DNA of 64,000 nucleotides from an uncultured Ruminococcus sp. (GCA_964463375.1 CAYXBQ010000003.1:85221-149220); one strand, 5' to 3'. Positions 37,609 to 48,440 are shown, counted from the stretch's first letter. A program made the numbers and translations. The notes: a model not told the origin generated them from the letters alone.

Positions 37609-38658
37609 ATGCAGAAAACCATAGAGATCACAAACAGCGAGATCACCGCCCGCCTGTTTGGCAGCTACGATAAAAATACCGCCCGGATCGAAGAGGCCTT
37701 TGGCGTGCGGATCAGCAACCGGCAGTCGATCAGCGATATGGGCGACACCATCCTCATCGACGGCGAACCGGAGGCCGTGCGACAGGCAGCGGATTGCTTG
37801 AATTATCTCAAACGCATCCTGACTCTGGGCAGCGAGATCACCGACCAGAACGTGGATTATGTCATCGGCATGGTGCGGGACGGCAAGCTGGAGGAGCTGG
37901 CTGCCTTTGACGAGGACTGCTTCTTAGTGACGGTCAAGGGCAAGCCCATCAAGGCAAAGACCGTGGGACAAAAGCGGTATGTGGATGCCATCCGCAAGAA
38001 TACCGTGGTGCTGGGCGTAGGACCTGCCGGTACCGGGAAGACCTACTTAGCCGTGGCCATGGCGGTGAAGGCACTGAAAAGCCACGAGGTCAGCCGGATC
38101 ATTTTGACCAGACCCGCCGTGGAAGCCGGAGAACGACTGGGCTTTTTGCCGGGGGATCTGCAAAGTAAGATCGACCCCTATCTGCGTCCGCTGTACGATG
38201 CCCTGTACGATATGCTGGGACCAGAGAACTGCGCCCGCCTCATCGAGAAAATGACCATCGAGATCGCGCCGCTGGCCTATATGCGTGGCCGGACCCTGGA
38301 CGACGCGTTCATCATCCTGGACGAAGCACAGAACACCACCCCGGAGCAGATGAAGATGTTTTTGACCCGACTGGGCAACGGCTCCAAGATCGTGGTCACC
38401 GGCGACCTGACCCAGACCGACCTGCCCTACGGTCAAAAGAGTGGCCTGGCAGCAGCGGTGCATATTCTGGATGGTATCGAGGATATCGCCGTTCACCAGT
38501 TCACCGAACGAGATGTGGTGCGGCACAGACTGGTGCAGAAGATCATTTTGGCCTATGACAAATACGATAGAGAGCGTGCGGTCAAGGCAAACGAACGGCG
38601 GGAGAAGGAAAGAAAGCAGTTCACACCGGCCCGGCGCATGGGACAGGACAGACGATAA
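37609..38658 (+). CDS. phoH: PhoH-family ATPase
   Basis: GPAGTGKTYLA, RPAVEAGERLGFLPG, AYMRGRTL, DEAQN. Confidence 0.96.
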   Translation: MQKTIEITNSEITARLFGSYDKNTARIEEAFGVRISNRQSISDMGDTILIDGEPEAVRQAADCLNYLKRILTLGSEITDQNVDYVIGMVRDGKLEELAAFDEDCFLVTVKGKPIKAKTVGQKRYVDAIRKNTVVLGVGPAGTGKTYLAVAMAVKALKSHEVSRIILTRPAVEAGERLGFLPGDLQSKIDPYLRPLYDALYDMLGPENCARLIEKMTIEIAPLAYMRGRTLDDAFIILDEAQNTTPEQMKMFLTRLGNGSKIVVTGDLTQTDLPYGQKSGLAAAVHILDGIEDIAVHQFTERDVVRHRLVQKIILAYDKYDRERAVKANERREKERKQFTPARRMGQDRR

Positions 38659-38675
38659 AGCAAGGGTAGACAACA

Positions 38676-39152
38676 ATGAAAATACAGATCGATTGGTCTG
38701 ATGACCAGAATACGTACAAGACCGGGTTCCTGCTGCGGCATAGACTGAAGAAGGCCGTGCGGGCTGCCCTGGCCTATGAAAAATTCACCAAAGACGTGCG
38801 TGTGTCCATCACCTTCACCGACAACGAAGGGATCCGCAAGCTGAACCGGGAATACCGAGAGAAGGATGCCGCCACCGATGTGCTGTCCTTTCCCCTGTAT
38901 TCCTGGGAGGACGGAGACACCCCGGAGCCGGATATGGCCGTGGAGCTGGGAGACATCGTCCTCTCCCTGGAGCGAGCCGATGCACAGGCAAAGGAATACG
39001 GCCACAGCTTCCAGCGGGAGACGGCGTTTTTGACGGTGCATTCGGTGCTGCATCTGCTGGGCTACGACCACGAAAGAAGCGAAGAAGAAGAAAAAGATAT
39101 GTTCCGCAGACAGGAAGAGATCATGATCCTGCTGGGACTGCCCCGGAAATGA
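38676..39152 (+). CDS. ybeY: rRNA maturation RNase YbeY
   Basis: TDVLSFP, LGDIV, HSVLHLLGYDH. Confidence 0.96.
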   Translation: MKIQIDWSDDQNTYKTGFLLRHRLKKAVRAALAYEKFTKDVRVSITFTDNEGIRKLNREYREKDAATDVLSFPLYSWEDGDTPEPDMAVELGDIVLSLERADAQAKEYGHSFQRETAFLTVHSVLHLLGYDHERSEEEEKDMFRRQEEIMILLGLPRK

Positions 39153-39172
39153 AGAATTAGGAAGGTATAACA

Positions 39173-40081
39173 ATGGAACAGAAGAATCCCAAGACCGCAT
39201 TTATCGCCATCGTAGGCAGACCCAACGTGGGCAAATCCACCCTGATGAACCACCTGCTGGGGGAAAAGATCGCCATCGTCTCCTCCAAGCCCCAGACCAC
39301 CCGAAACCGGATCATGGGCGTGCTGACAAAGGAAGAGAAGCAGTTCGTCTTCTTTGACACCCCCGGCGTACACAAATCCAAGAACAAGCTGGGCGACTTT
39401 ATGATGAAGTCCGTTCGCTCCTCTGTGGGGGCTGCCGATGCGGTGATCCTGATCGCCGATGCCGGTCATCCCGCCGGAGACATCGAAAAGCAGCTCATCG
39501 AACAGATCAAAAAGAGCGAGCTGCCCTCCATGCTGGTGCTGAACAAGATCGACCTGATCAACCGGGAAAAGCTGGCAGAGACCATCGCCGGATATGCCGC
39601 ACTCCATAGCTTCGATGCCGTGGTACCCACCTGTGCCGAATCCGGCAAGAACGTGGATGCCGTGCTGGAGGAAGCAGAGCAGTTTTTGTACGAGGGCGAG
39701 TGGATGTTCGCCTCCGATACCCTGACCGACCAGCCGGAAAAGCAGATCGCCGCCGAGATCGTGCGGGAGAAGCTGCTGCGTACCCTGTCGGAGGAAGTGC
39801 CCCACGGGACGGCTGTCATGATCGAGGAATTCACGGAGGAAGAAAATATGCTGCGGATCCGCGCCGAGATCTTCTGCGAAAAGGCCTCCCACAAGGGGAT
39901 CATCGTAGGGAAGGGCGGCGAGACCCTGAAAAAGATCGGCACCTACGCCAGAGAAGACATGGAAGCCTTCTTTGGTGTCAAGGTGTACCTGAACCTGTGG
40001 GTCAAGGTCAAGGAAAACTGGCGAGACTCCGACCTGGCGCTGAACAACTTTGGTTATAATAAGAAAGAGATCGATACCTGA
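39173..40081 (+). CDS. era: GTPase Era
   Basis: GRPNVGKST, PQTTR, DTPG, NKID, KH domain GIIVGKGG. Confidence 0.97.
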   Translation: MEQKNPKTAFIAIVGRPNVGKSTLMNHLLGEKIAIVSSKPQTTRNRIMGVLTKEEKQFVFFDTPGVHKSKNKLGDFMMKSVRSSVGAADAVILIADAGHPAGDIEKQLIEQIKKSELPSMLVLNKIDLINREKLAETIAGYAALHSFDAVVPTCAESGKNVDAVLEEAEQFLYEGEWMFASDTLTDQPEKQIAAEIVREKLLRTLSEEVPHGTAVMIEEFTEEENMLRIRAEIFCEKASHKGIIVGKGGETLKKIGTYAREDMEAFFGVKVYLNLWVKVKENWRDSDLALNNFGYNKKEIDT

Positions 40082-40099
40082 GCATAAGGAGGACGGACC

Positions 40100-40897
40100 A
40101 TGGAACGGCTGGAAGTGGACGGCCTGGTGATCCGGGAGACCATCACAGGGGAGTCCGATGAGCTGCTGAGCATCCTGACAGCGGACCATGGAAAGATCAC
40201 CATTGCCGGTCGTGGCGTGCGGAGCCTGCGCAATCCCCATGCGGCGGCGGTGCAGCTGTTCGTCTATAGTACGCTGCTGCTGGATAAGCCGAAGAAATAC
40301 TACTATATCCGAGACTCCTTCTATATCGAAAATTTCGAGAAGATCCGTTACGACGTAGAGAAATTGGCACTGGCCACCTACCTGTGTGATGTAGCGGCAG
40401 ACTTTGCCTTAGAGGAAGTGCCGGATCCCACCCTAATGCAGCTGATCCTCAACGCCCTGTATGCGCTGGCCTATCGAGAGGACATCCCGCCCGCCCGGAT
40501 CAAAGCGGCCTTTGAGCTGCGGGTGATCAGCGAAGAGGGTCTGCGGCCCGAGGTGTCCACCTGTGGCATATGTCGGGAAATGCTGACCGATGGGGGCTAT
40601 CTGGATGTGATGAACGGTCGGGTGCTTTGCAAGGCCTGTCAGGAGCAGTACGTCCATTCTGCCGCCTATGCCCTGGACGAGGCTACCGCCAAGATCCACG
40701 TGAAGCTGACTCCGGCGGCGCTGTGTGCCATGCAGTATATCGTACAGGCACCACTGAAACGCTTCTTATCCTTTCAATTGGAAAAAAGCGACCTGACCGT
40801 GCTGGGCATCGCCTGTGAGCGGTATCTTCTCAACCATGTGGAGCATAGTTTTTCGTCGTTAGAGTATTATCACTCTCTGCAAGCATTTCAGCTGTGA
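40100..40897 (+). CDS. recO: DNA repair protein RecO
   Basis: GLVIR...GESD...LT...GKI...RGVR, CxxC...CxxC zinc finger, position after era. Confidence 0.93.
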   Translation: MERLEVDGLVIRETITGESDELLSILTADHGKITIAGRGVRSLRNPHAAAVQLFVYSTLLLDKPKKYYYIRDSFYIENFEKIRYDVEKLALATYLCDVAADFALEEVPDPTLMQLILNALYALAYREDIPPARIKAAFELRVISEEGLRPEVSTCGICREMLTDGGYLDVMNGRVLCKACQEQYVHSAAYALDEATAKIHVKLTPAALCAMQYIVQAPLKRFLSFQLEKSDLTVLGIACERYLLNHVEHSFSSLEYYHSLQAFQL

Positions 40898-40928
40898 AGG
40901 CTGCGGAGAGAACAAGAGGAAACCTGAA

Positions 40929-43304
40929 ATGAATCAAAAAGCGATCTATATATTGGAATTTGAAAAGATCCGAGAGATGCTGGCAGACTGCGCCCATACA
41001 GACGGGGCAAAGGAGCTGGCACTGCACCTGCAACCCTCCTCGGATATCGTAAAGGTGCAGAAAATGCAGCAGCGCACCACCGATGCCAAAAAGCTGGTGG
41101 GCATCAAAGGCCAGCCCTCCTTCGGCACCATCAAGGACATTCGTCCCTCCATCGAACGAGCCGAAAAGGATGCCATGCTGTCCATGCGGGAGCTGCTGGA
41201 CTGTGCCGCCGTCCTGCGCTGTGCCCGTACCCTGACCGACTACCGCCAAGGGGAACGCACCCCGGAGACCTCCCTGGACGAGATCTTCGACCGGCTGATC
41301 CCCAATCGTTTGCTGGAAGAAAAGATCACCCGCTCCATTGTGGCAGAGGATTTCATGGCAGACGAGGCAAGCCCGGAGCTGTCCGACATTCGACGCAAGA
41401 TCCGGCAGGTCAACGGCAAGATCAAGGATACCTTGCAGCAGTACGTCAGCGGCCAGTCCAAGTATTTGCAGGAGAACATCGTCACCTCCCGTGGCGGTCG
41501 ATACGTGATCCCGGTGAAGGCGGAATACCGCAACGAGGTCAAGGGCCTGATCCACGACACCTCCCAGTCCGGTGCCACCTTGTTCATCGAACCCATGGCC
41601 GTGGTGGAGGCCAACAACGAGCTGCGTACCCTGGAAAGCCGGGAGACCCACGAGATCGAACGGATCCTGCGGGATCTGTCCGCCGGTGTGGCCGTGTCCG
41701 GTCATGCACTGGAGCTGAACTATCTCAACATCAACGAAATGGCGTTCCTGTTCGCCTGCGCAGATCTGTCCTATAAAATGGATGCCTCCCCGGCGCAGAT
41801 CTCCCATAAGCAGGAGATCACCCTGTACAAAGCCAGACACCCTCTGCTGGACAAGACCAAGGTGGTGCCCATCACGGTAAATCTGGGAGAGGGACAGCAA
41901 ATGCTGGTGATCACCGGTCCCAACACCGGTGGTAAGACCGTTACTCTGAAGACCATCGGGCTGTTCACCATGATGACCCAAGCCGGTCTGCACATTCCCG
42001 CCGAGGACAGCTCCCGGATCGGTGTGTTCGACGAGATCTTCTCCGACATCGGGGACGAACAGAGCATCGAGCAGTCCCTGTCCACCTTCTCCTCCCATAT
42101 GAAGGGCATCGTTCCCATCATCGAGACCATGACCGAGCGTTCCTTGATCCTGTTCGACGAGCTGGGTGCCGGTACAGACCCGGTAGAAGGTGCGGCGCTG
42201 GCTATGTCCATTTTGGAAGAAGTGCGGCAGTCCGGTGCCCTGTGTGCGGCGACCACCCACTATGCGGAGCTGAAATCCTATGCGCTGGAGACCGAGGGCG
42301 TGTGCAATGCCTCCTGCGAATTCGACGTGGCGACCCTGCGTCCCACCTATCGCCTGATCATCGGTACCCCCGGCAAGTCCAATGCCTTTGCCATTTCGGA
42401 AAAGTTAGGGCTGCCGGAGACCATCGTCAAGCGGGCTGAAAACTTTGTGGACACCGGCTCCCGGAACTTCGAGGGTGTCATCGAAAAGCTGGAAGCTACC
42501 CGCCACGAGCTGGAAGCCGAAAAGAGCGAGGTCTCCCGCCTGAAGCAAGAGTTCACCGCATACAAGAACAAGGCAGAAAAAGAGCTGGCCGATAAGGTGG
42601 GCAAGGCAGAAAAGGAAGCCGAAAAGATCCGACAGAAGGCACAGGAGACCCTGGACGGCGCACGGATCACCAGCCAATATGTGTTCGACCAGCTGGAAGA
42701 GCTGAAGCGGCAGAAGGATGCGGCGGATCTGGCCGAGAAGATCGCCAACGCCAAAAGGGACGTGCGCAAGCGTGTCCGGGACTACGACGATCAGATGAAT
42801 CCCGGCTGGGAAGTGGAGGACGACGAAGAGGACTACGTACCGGAGCGTCCCCTGCACAAAGGCGATGCAGTCCGGCACCGGAATTTGGGTACCACCGGCG
42901 TACTGCTGGACGATCCGGACAAAAACGGCAACGTGACACTGCGCATGGGTGCTGTGAAGACCAGAGCCAATGTGGCAGACCTGCGGTTGTTGGACGAAGC
43001 GGAGCAGAAAAAGCAGCAGAAGAAGACCGGCGGCGGTGTGAAGACCTCCGTGTCCCGTGCCTTCAAGACCGAATGCGATGTCCGTGGCATGACCGGCGAA
43101 GAAGCCTGGTTCGTGGTGGACAAATACCTGGACGAGGCCAAGGTGGTCAATATCAAGAGCGTCATGATCATCCACGGCAAGGGGACCGGCGCACTGCGCA
43201 ACGCTTTGTGGAAGCAGTTCAAGAGCGACAGCCGTATCGCGACCTTCCGGGCCGGACAGTACGGCGAAGGGGATTACGGTGTTACAGTTGTAGAACTCAA
43301 GTGA
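40929..43304 (+). CDS. mutS2: Endonuclease MutS2
   Basis: LEFEKI, ITGPNTGGKT, DEQSIEQSLSTFS, DELGAGTDP, C-terminal Smr domain HGKGTG. Confidence 0.96.
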   Translation: MNQKAIYILEFEKIREMLADCAHTDGAKELALHLQPSSDIVKVQKMQQRTTDAKKLVGIKGQPSFGTIKDIRPSIERAEKDAMLSMRELLDCAAVLRCARTLTDYRQGERTPETSLDEIFDRLIPNRLLEEKITRSIVAEDFMADEASPELSDIRRKIRQVNGKIKDTLQQYVSGQSKYLQENIVTSRGGRYVIPVKAEYRNEVKGLIHDTSQSGATLFIEPMAVVEANNELRTLESRETHEIERILRDLSAGVAVSGHALELNYLNINEMAFLFACADLSYKMDASPAQISHKQEITLYKARHPLLDKTKVVPITVNLGEGQQMLVITGPNTGGKTVTLKTIGLFTMMTQAGLHIPAEDSSRIGVFDEIFSDIGDEQSIEQSLSTFSSHMKGIVPIIETMTERSLILFDELGAGTDPVEGAALAMSILEEVRQSGALCAATTHYAELKSYALETEGVCNASCEFDVATLRPTYRLIIGTPGKSNAFAISEKLGLPETIVKRAENFVDTGSRNFEGVIEKLEATRHELEAEKSEVSRLKQEFTAYKNKAEKELADKVGKAEKEAEKIRQKAQETLDGARITSQYVFDQLEELKRQKDAADLAEKIANAKRDVRKRVRDYDDQMNPGWEVEDDEEDYVPERPLHKGDAVRHRNLGTTGVLLDDPDKNGNVTLRMGAVKTRANVADLRLLDEAEQKKQQKKTGGGVKTSVSRAFKTECDVRGMTGEEAWFVVDKYLDEAKVVNIKSVMIIHGKGTGALRNALWKQFKSDSRIATFRAGQYGEGDYGVTVVELK

Positions 43305-43374
43305 TTTTTGGGACGTATATCAACATTTTTTCGCAAAAATCCGTGCAGGAACACGAAAAATTCATAAAGTGCCA

Positions 43375-43403
43375 TTGAAAAATGCGGGGAATGATGGTAT
43401 AAT
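43375..43403 (+). promoter_or_regulatory. sigmaA promoter of the epimerase-rhaB-rhaA genes
   Basis: TTGAAA-17bp-TATAAT with extended TG. Confidence 0.8.
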
Positions 43404-43472
43404 ACCAGTAGATATGGAAACTTTCCGGCGCATCCCATGGGGAAGGGTCGGAAAAAGATAGAGGAGAGTCGT

Positions 43473-44342
43473 ATGGCAAGATTTAAGCTCAGTGCATTTT
43501 CGGATGAATATGCCAAGGAACTGGACAGTCAGATCGAGGGACTGGTCAAGAATAAGGTCAAAATGACAGAGCTGCGGGGCGTGGACGGGATCAATGTATC
43601 CGACCTGACACCTATGCAGGCGATGAATGTAAAAAGCAAGCTGGATGCCTTCGGGATCGGTGTTTCTGCCATCGGCTCCCCCATCGGGAAGATCCAGATC
43701 ACCGATCCTATGGAGGCGCATCTGGATAAGCTGAAGCAGACCTGCGAGACCGCAGAGATCTTAGGCACCCACCGGATCCGGATGTTCTCCTTCTATATCC
43801 CGGAAGGAAAGTATGACGAATATCGGGACGAGGTGCTGGATCGCATGGGCCAAATGCTGGATGTGGCCGATACCTACGGCTTGCAGCTGTGCCACGAAAA
43901 CGAAAAGGGCATCTACGGCGACGTGGCAGAACGGTGCCTGGATCTGCTGAAGCATACCGGCGGCAGACTGGGCTGCGTGTTCGATCCTGCCAATTTCATC
44001 CAGAGCGGCTGCGAACCCTTCCCCCATGCCTACCAGATGCTGGCACCCTACATCACCTATATGCACATAAAGGACGCAGTACACAACGGCACAGTGGTCG
44101 TGCCCGGCTCCGGTGCAGGCTGCCTGCCGGAGATCTTAGCACTGCTGCATAAGGAAAACAAGGGCGAGATCATCCTGACCGTGGAGCCCCATCTGCGTGT
44201 GTTCGCCGGTCTGGAGGAGCTGGAAAACGGTACAGAAAACCACAGCACCATCGCCAGCACCTTCGCTACGGCAGAGGAAGCCTTTGCTGCCGCCATCACC
44301 TGGACAAAATACTGCCTGCCCAGAACGGCAGAGGTACTGTAA
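43473..44342 (+). CDS. Sugar-phosphate isomerase/epimerase (TIM barrel)
   Basis: LSAFSDE, IGSPIGK, IRMFSF, HENEKGIYG, FDPANF, HIKD, EPH. Confidence 0.88.
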   Translation: MARFKLSAFSDEYAKELDSQIEGLVKNKVKMTELRGVDGINVSDLTPMQAMNVKSKLDAFGIGVSAIGSPIGKIQITDPMEAHLDKLKQTCETAEILGTHRIRMFSFYIPEGKYDEYRDEVLDRMGQMLDVADTYGLQLCHENEKGIYGDVAERCLDLLKHTGGRLGCVFDPANFIQSGCEPFPHAYQMLAPYITYMHIKDAVHNGTVVVPGSGAGCLPEILALLHKENKGEIILTVEPHLRVFAGLEELENGTENHSTIASTFATAEEAFAAAITWTKYCLPRTAEVL

Positions 44343-44379
44343 ACAAAGAAAATTCGCATAACGAAAGGAATTTCCTATC

Positions 44380-45855
44380 ATGGCTATGAAGAAAATGCTC
44401 GCCATCGACCTGGGCGCATCCAGCGGACGTGGGATCGTCGGCGGTTACGATGGAAAGAAGATCACCTTAGAAGAGATCCATCGGTTCTCCAATGACCCGG
44501 TCATGACCCCCACCGGCTTCTATTGGGACACCATCCGTCTGCTGTTCGAGATCAAGACGGCGATCCTGAAGGCAACACAGGCCGGCGGCGTGGATACGCT
44601 GGGTATCGATACCTGGGGCGTGGACTACGGCTACTTAGACAAGACCGGTGCCCTGCTGTCCAATCCCTTCAACTATAGAGACACCAGAACCGTTGGTATC
44701 ACTGACTATGTGTGGAACAAGTTCGCCTCCTGGGAAGAGATCTACGGCGTGACCGGGATCCAGAACATGAACTTCAACACCCTGTACCAGATGGCCGCCG
44801 ACCTGCGTGACCGTCCGTGGCTGCTGGAAAACGCCGACAAGATGCTGTTCGTACCCGACCTGCTGGGCTACTTCCTGACCGGCAACAAGGCCACCGAATA
44901 TACCATCGCCTCCACCGGTGCCCTTCTGGACGCTGCCAAGAGAGATTACGCCGATGGTCTCCTGTCCAAGTTCGGCATCCGTCGTGACGTGTTCTGCGAC
45001 ATCGTACAGCCCGGCACCGAGCTGGGAACGCTGCGCCTGGAAGAAGAAATGGGCAACTCCACTGCCAAGGTCGTGAAGGTCGCATCCCATGACACCGCTT
45101 CTGCCGTGCTGTCCGTACCGGCTCTGGACGAAGACTTCCTGTACATCTCCAGCGGCACATGGTCTCTGATGGGTATCGAATCCAAGACGCCCGTCATCAA
45201 CGACCAGACCCTGAAGTATGACTTCACCAACGAAGGCGGCGTGTTCGGTACCATCCGGATCCTGAAGAACATCATGGGTCTGTGGATCGAACAGGAATCC
45301 CGCAGACAGTGGGCAAGAGAAGGCACCAAGTACACCTTCGACGAGCTGTCCGAACAGGCACTGGCCTCCAAGCCTTTGCAGTGCCTGATCAACCCCGACG
45401 ACCAGCGCTTCGCCACCGCCGGCAATATGCCCAAGCGGATCCGGGAATACTGCAAGGAAACCGGTCAGTACGTGCCGGAGACCGTTGGTGAGATCGTTCG
45501 TTGCATCTTCGAAAGCCTGGCACTGCGGTATCGTTGGACGGCAGAAAAGCTGGAGCTGATCACCGGTCGGAAGTACCCCGTGATCAACATCGTAGGCGGC
45601 GGTATCAAGGAAGAAATGCTGTCTCAGTTCGCTGCCGACGCATCCCATAGACTGGTCAACGCCGGTCCCGTGGAAGCCACCTCGCTGGGTAACATCGCTA
45701 TGCAGGGCATCGCCGCCGGTGAATTCGCCGACATGTGGGAAGCCCGCCGTGTGATCCGCAATTCCTTCGAGATCAAGGAATACAAGCCGAACACCGAAAT
45801 GGCCGCTGCCTGGGACGACGCTTACGGCAGATTCTGCGCACTGATTGGAGAATGA
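44380..45855 (+). CDS. rhaB: Rhamnulokinase (FGGY family)
   Basis: AIDLGASSGR, GIDTWGVDY, HDTASAV, SSGTWSL, LKNIMGLW, GPVEAT. Confidence 0.9.
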   Translation: MAMKKMLAIDLGASSGRGIVGGYDGKKITLEEIHRFSNDPVMTPTGFYWDTIRLLFEIKTAILKATQAGGVDTLGIDTWGVDYGYLDKTGALLSNPFNYRDTRTVGITDYVWNKFASWEEIYGVTGIQNMNFNTLYQMAADLRDRPWLLENADKMLFVPDLLGYFLTGNKATEYTIASTGALLDAAKRDYADGLLSKFGIRRDVFCDIVQPGTELGTLRLEEEMGNSTAKVVKVASHDTASAVLSVPALDEDFLYISSGTWSLMGIESKTPVINDQTLKYDFTNEGGVFGTIRILKNIMGLWIEQESRRQWAREGTKYTFDELSEQALASKPLQCLINPDDQRFATAGNMPKRIREYCKETGQYVPETVGEIVRCIFESLALRYRWTAEKLELITGRKYPVINIVGGGIKEEMLSQFAADASHRLVNAGPVEATSLGNIAMQGIAAGEFADMWEARRVIRNSFEIKEYKPNTEMAAAWDDAYGRFCALIGE

Positions 45856-45925
45856 GTTACGCATCAGTGGATGAATCCACGCTGACTACAATGGTTCAAA
45901 CATTTTAACAATACATAATCACGAA

Positions 45926-47197
45926 ATGGAGAAAACAAGCATGAGCATCGAAAAAATGTATGCATTTGCAAAGGAACAGTACGCTGCACTGGGCGTAGAC
46001 ACCGACGCTGCTATCGCAAAGGTTGCCGCTACCCCCGTGTCCATCCACTGCTGGCAGGGCGACGACGTGAGAGGCTTCGAGAACCCCGACGGAGAACTGA
46101 GCGGCGGTATCCAGACCACCGGTAACTACCCCGGACGTGCGCGCAACATCGACGAACTGCGGGCCGACTTTGACTTCGCTTCCAGCCTGATCCCCGGCCA
46201 GAAGAAGCTGTCTCTGCACGCTATCTATCTGGACAACAACGGCAAGAAGGTGGAAAGAAACGAGATCGACATTGAACACTTCACCTCTTGGGTACAGTGG
46301 GCTAAGGAAAGAGATCTGGGTCTGGACTACAACCCCACCTGCTTCTCTCACCCCATGGCTGCTGACGGCATGACCCTCGCCAACAACGACCCCGCCATCC
46401 GTGCATACTGGGTCGAGCACTGCATCCGTTCCCGTCACATCGCCGAATATTTCGGTAAGGAAACCGGCAAGCGTGCCATCATCAACCACTGGGTACCCGA
46501 TGGATTCAAGGATATTCCCGTGAACCGTGCCCAGTCCAGAGCATACCTGGCTGACTCCTACGACAAGATCTTCGCTGAAAAGCTGGACGACAGCTGCATG
46601 GGCGACGCTGTGGAATCCAAGGTGTTCGGTATCGGTGCCGAAAGCTGCACCATCGGTTCCAACGAATTCTACATGGGCTGCGCTATGAAGCACGGCAAGA
46701 TGGTCACCCTGGACACCGGTCACTTCCATCCCACCGAAGTGGTTTCCGACAAGCTCAGCGCCGTTCTGACCTACATGAAGGAAGTTATGCTGCACGTATC
46801 TCGCCCTGTTCGTTGGGACTCCGACCACGTAGTCATCTTCGACGACGAGCTGAAGACCATCGCCAACGAGATCGTTCGCGGCGGCTATGAAAACAGAGTG
46901 AACATCGGTCTGGACTTCTTCGATGCCTCCATCAACCGGATCGCTGCCTGGACCATCGGCTCCAGAAGTATGCAGAAAGCATTGCTGTGGGCGGCTCTGG
47001 AACCTGTTTCCATGCTGCAGAAGTTCGAAGCAGAAGGGGACTACACCTCTCGTCTGGCATATCTGGAAGAGATCAAGACCTATCCCTTTGCTGCCGTTTG
47101 GGATTACTACTGCGAAAAGCAGGGCGTTCCCACCCGTGACAGCTGGGTTGCTGATGTGAAGAATTATGAAAAGAAGATCCTGGAAATCAGAAAGTAA
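45926..47197 (+). CDS. rhaA: L-rhamnose isomerase
   Basis: SIHCWQGDDV.GFE, TGNYPGRAR, ESKVFGIGAES, GHFHPTE, RWDSDHV. Start may be 45941. Confidence 0.95.
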   Translation: MEKTSMSIEKMYAFAKEQYAALGVDTDAAIAKVAATPVSIHCWQGDDVRGFENPDGELSGGIQTTGNYPGRARNIDELRADFDFASSLIPGQKKLSLHAIYLDNNGKKVERNEIDIEHFTSWVQWAKERDLGLDYNPTCFSHPMAADGMTLANNDPAIRAYWVEHCIRSRHIAEYFGKETGKRAIINHWVPDGFKDIPVNRAQSRAYLADSYDKIFAEKLDDSCMGDAVESKVFGIGAESCTIGSNEFYMGCAMKHGKMVTLDTGHFHPTEVVSDKLSAVLTYMKEVMLHVSRPVRWDSDHVVIFDDELKTIANEIVRGGYENRVNIGLDFFDASINRIAAWTIGSRSMQKALLWAALEPVSMLQKFEAEGDYTSRLAYLEEIKTYPFAAVWDYYCEKQGVPTRDSWVADVKNYEKKILEIRK

Positions 47198-48428
47198 TTT
47201 TCCTCCGATTTTCCCGGTATCCAAGAGACTGGCGGCACTATTTTGTGTCTCCAGTCTGTTGGCGTTTTCGGCGACCTCCTGCGGCCTCGTAGAAATGCGG
47301 GATGCGACCAGCGAGGTCCTGACCCGTGCGGAGACCACTGCCCCCACCCTGCAGCAGGCCGAACGGTACAGCGTGGTCGAAAGCGTGGGAGAAACGGAAA
47401 CAATGCCGGAGACGGAAGCAGCTGTGGAAGAAGAACCGGCTATGCATGTGGCTTTGGCAGTGGCGGGCGGCGTGCGGATCGACGATGCTATCCTGTCCGA
47501 TGCGGCCTCCCGGGCTGCGGAAGGGAAGGACTATAGCTTTTTGACCATGTACGCCAACATCTTCCCCGTGATCCAGAACGCCGATATGACCATGGTCACG
47601 TTACAGGATCCGGTGGGCGATGGCACAGGCGCTATGCCCATGGATTCCCTGACCGCACTGACCGACCTGGGCTTTGACGTGATCAACGTGGCAGGTACCG
47701 ATCGGCTGGAAAATGCCGGGGCAGGCCTGCGTACTACCGTGGATAACGTATGTACCCATGACGTGCTGGAGATCGGTGCCTATAAGGACGACATCGATGC
47801 CGGAGACGTGCGGGTGCTGGAGCAGGACGGCGTGCGGGTGGCCTATGTGGCGTTCACCGAAAATGCCGATACCGATACAGATGGCCTGATTCTGCACGAC
47901 CTGACCGATGCCGCTAACGTGACTGCCATCGTCACCTATGCCGATCTGGTGTCGGATGTGGTGGTGGTGTCTGTGACCTGGGAAAACGGAACGAGCAACA
48001 CCGTCCGTGCCGAACAGCGTTCCGCCTGCCAGCTTTTGGCAGAGGCCGGTGCCGATATCATCGTGGGCAATGACGGTCGTGGTCTGCAAACTGCGGAATG
48101 GCTCACCGCCGAGGATGGTACCCAAACGCTGGCAGTCTATTCTCTGGGCGATCTGCTCTCCACAGGCAGCGATGCGCAAACGACCCTGAGCGGTGTGCTC
48201 ACGCTGGATGTCGTGATGAACGAGGCCGGTGAGACAACGCTGGAAGACGTACAAATCCTGCCGGTGGTGAAGCATTATACCGCCGAAGGAGGATACCAGG
48301 TGACGGAGCTGTCCAAATATACCGCCGATATGGCCGCCCTCCATGGATTGGGCAATATCACCGTAGATGCATTGCAGTCTGTTGTGAACGGGACCCTTCC
48401 CGCCGCTTTTCTGCCGACCAACAACTGA
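47166..48428 (+). CDS. CapA (PGA_cap metallophosphatase-fold) lipoprotein, catalytically degenerate
   Basis: Lipobox ATSC. LTDLGFDVINVA, EAGADIIVG and VYSLGDL scaffold retained; metal ligands substituted. Overlaps the rhaA end by 32 nt. Confidence 0.78.
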   Translation: MKRRSWKSESNFPPIFPVSKRLAALFCVSSLLAFSATSCGLVEMRDATSEVLTRAETTAPTLQQAERYSVVESVGETETMPETEAAVEEEPAMHVALAVAGGVRIDDAILSDAASRAAEGKDYSFLTMYANIFPVIQNADMTMVTLQDPVGDGTGAMPMDSLTALTDLGFDVINVAGTDRLENAGAGLRTTVDNVCTHDVLEIGAYKDDIDAGDVRVLEQDGVRVAYVAFTENADTDTDGLILHDLTDAANVTAIVTYADLVSDVVVVSVTWENGTSNTVRAEQRSACQLLAEAGADIIVGNDGRGLQTAEWLTAEDGTQTLAVYSLGDLLSTGSDAQTTLSGVLTLDVVMNEAGETTLEDVQILPVVKHYTAEGGYQVTELSKYTADMAALHGLGNITVDALQSVVNGTLPAAFLPTNN

Positions 48429-48440
48429 CAAGAGTGACCC

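Noticed and set aside
37609-43304. phoH-ybeY-era-recO-mutS2 as a novel system
   Set aside because: Well-known conserved Firmicute housekeeping cluster; the missing dgkA/cdd and adjacent mutS2 are minor variations.
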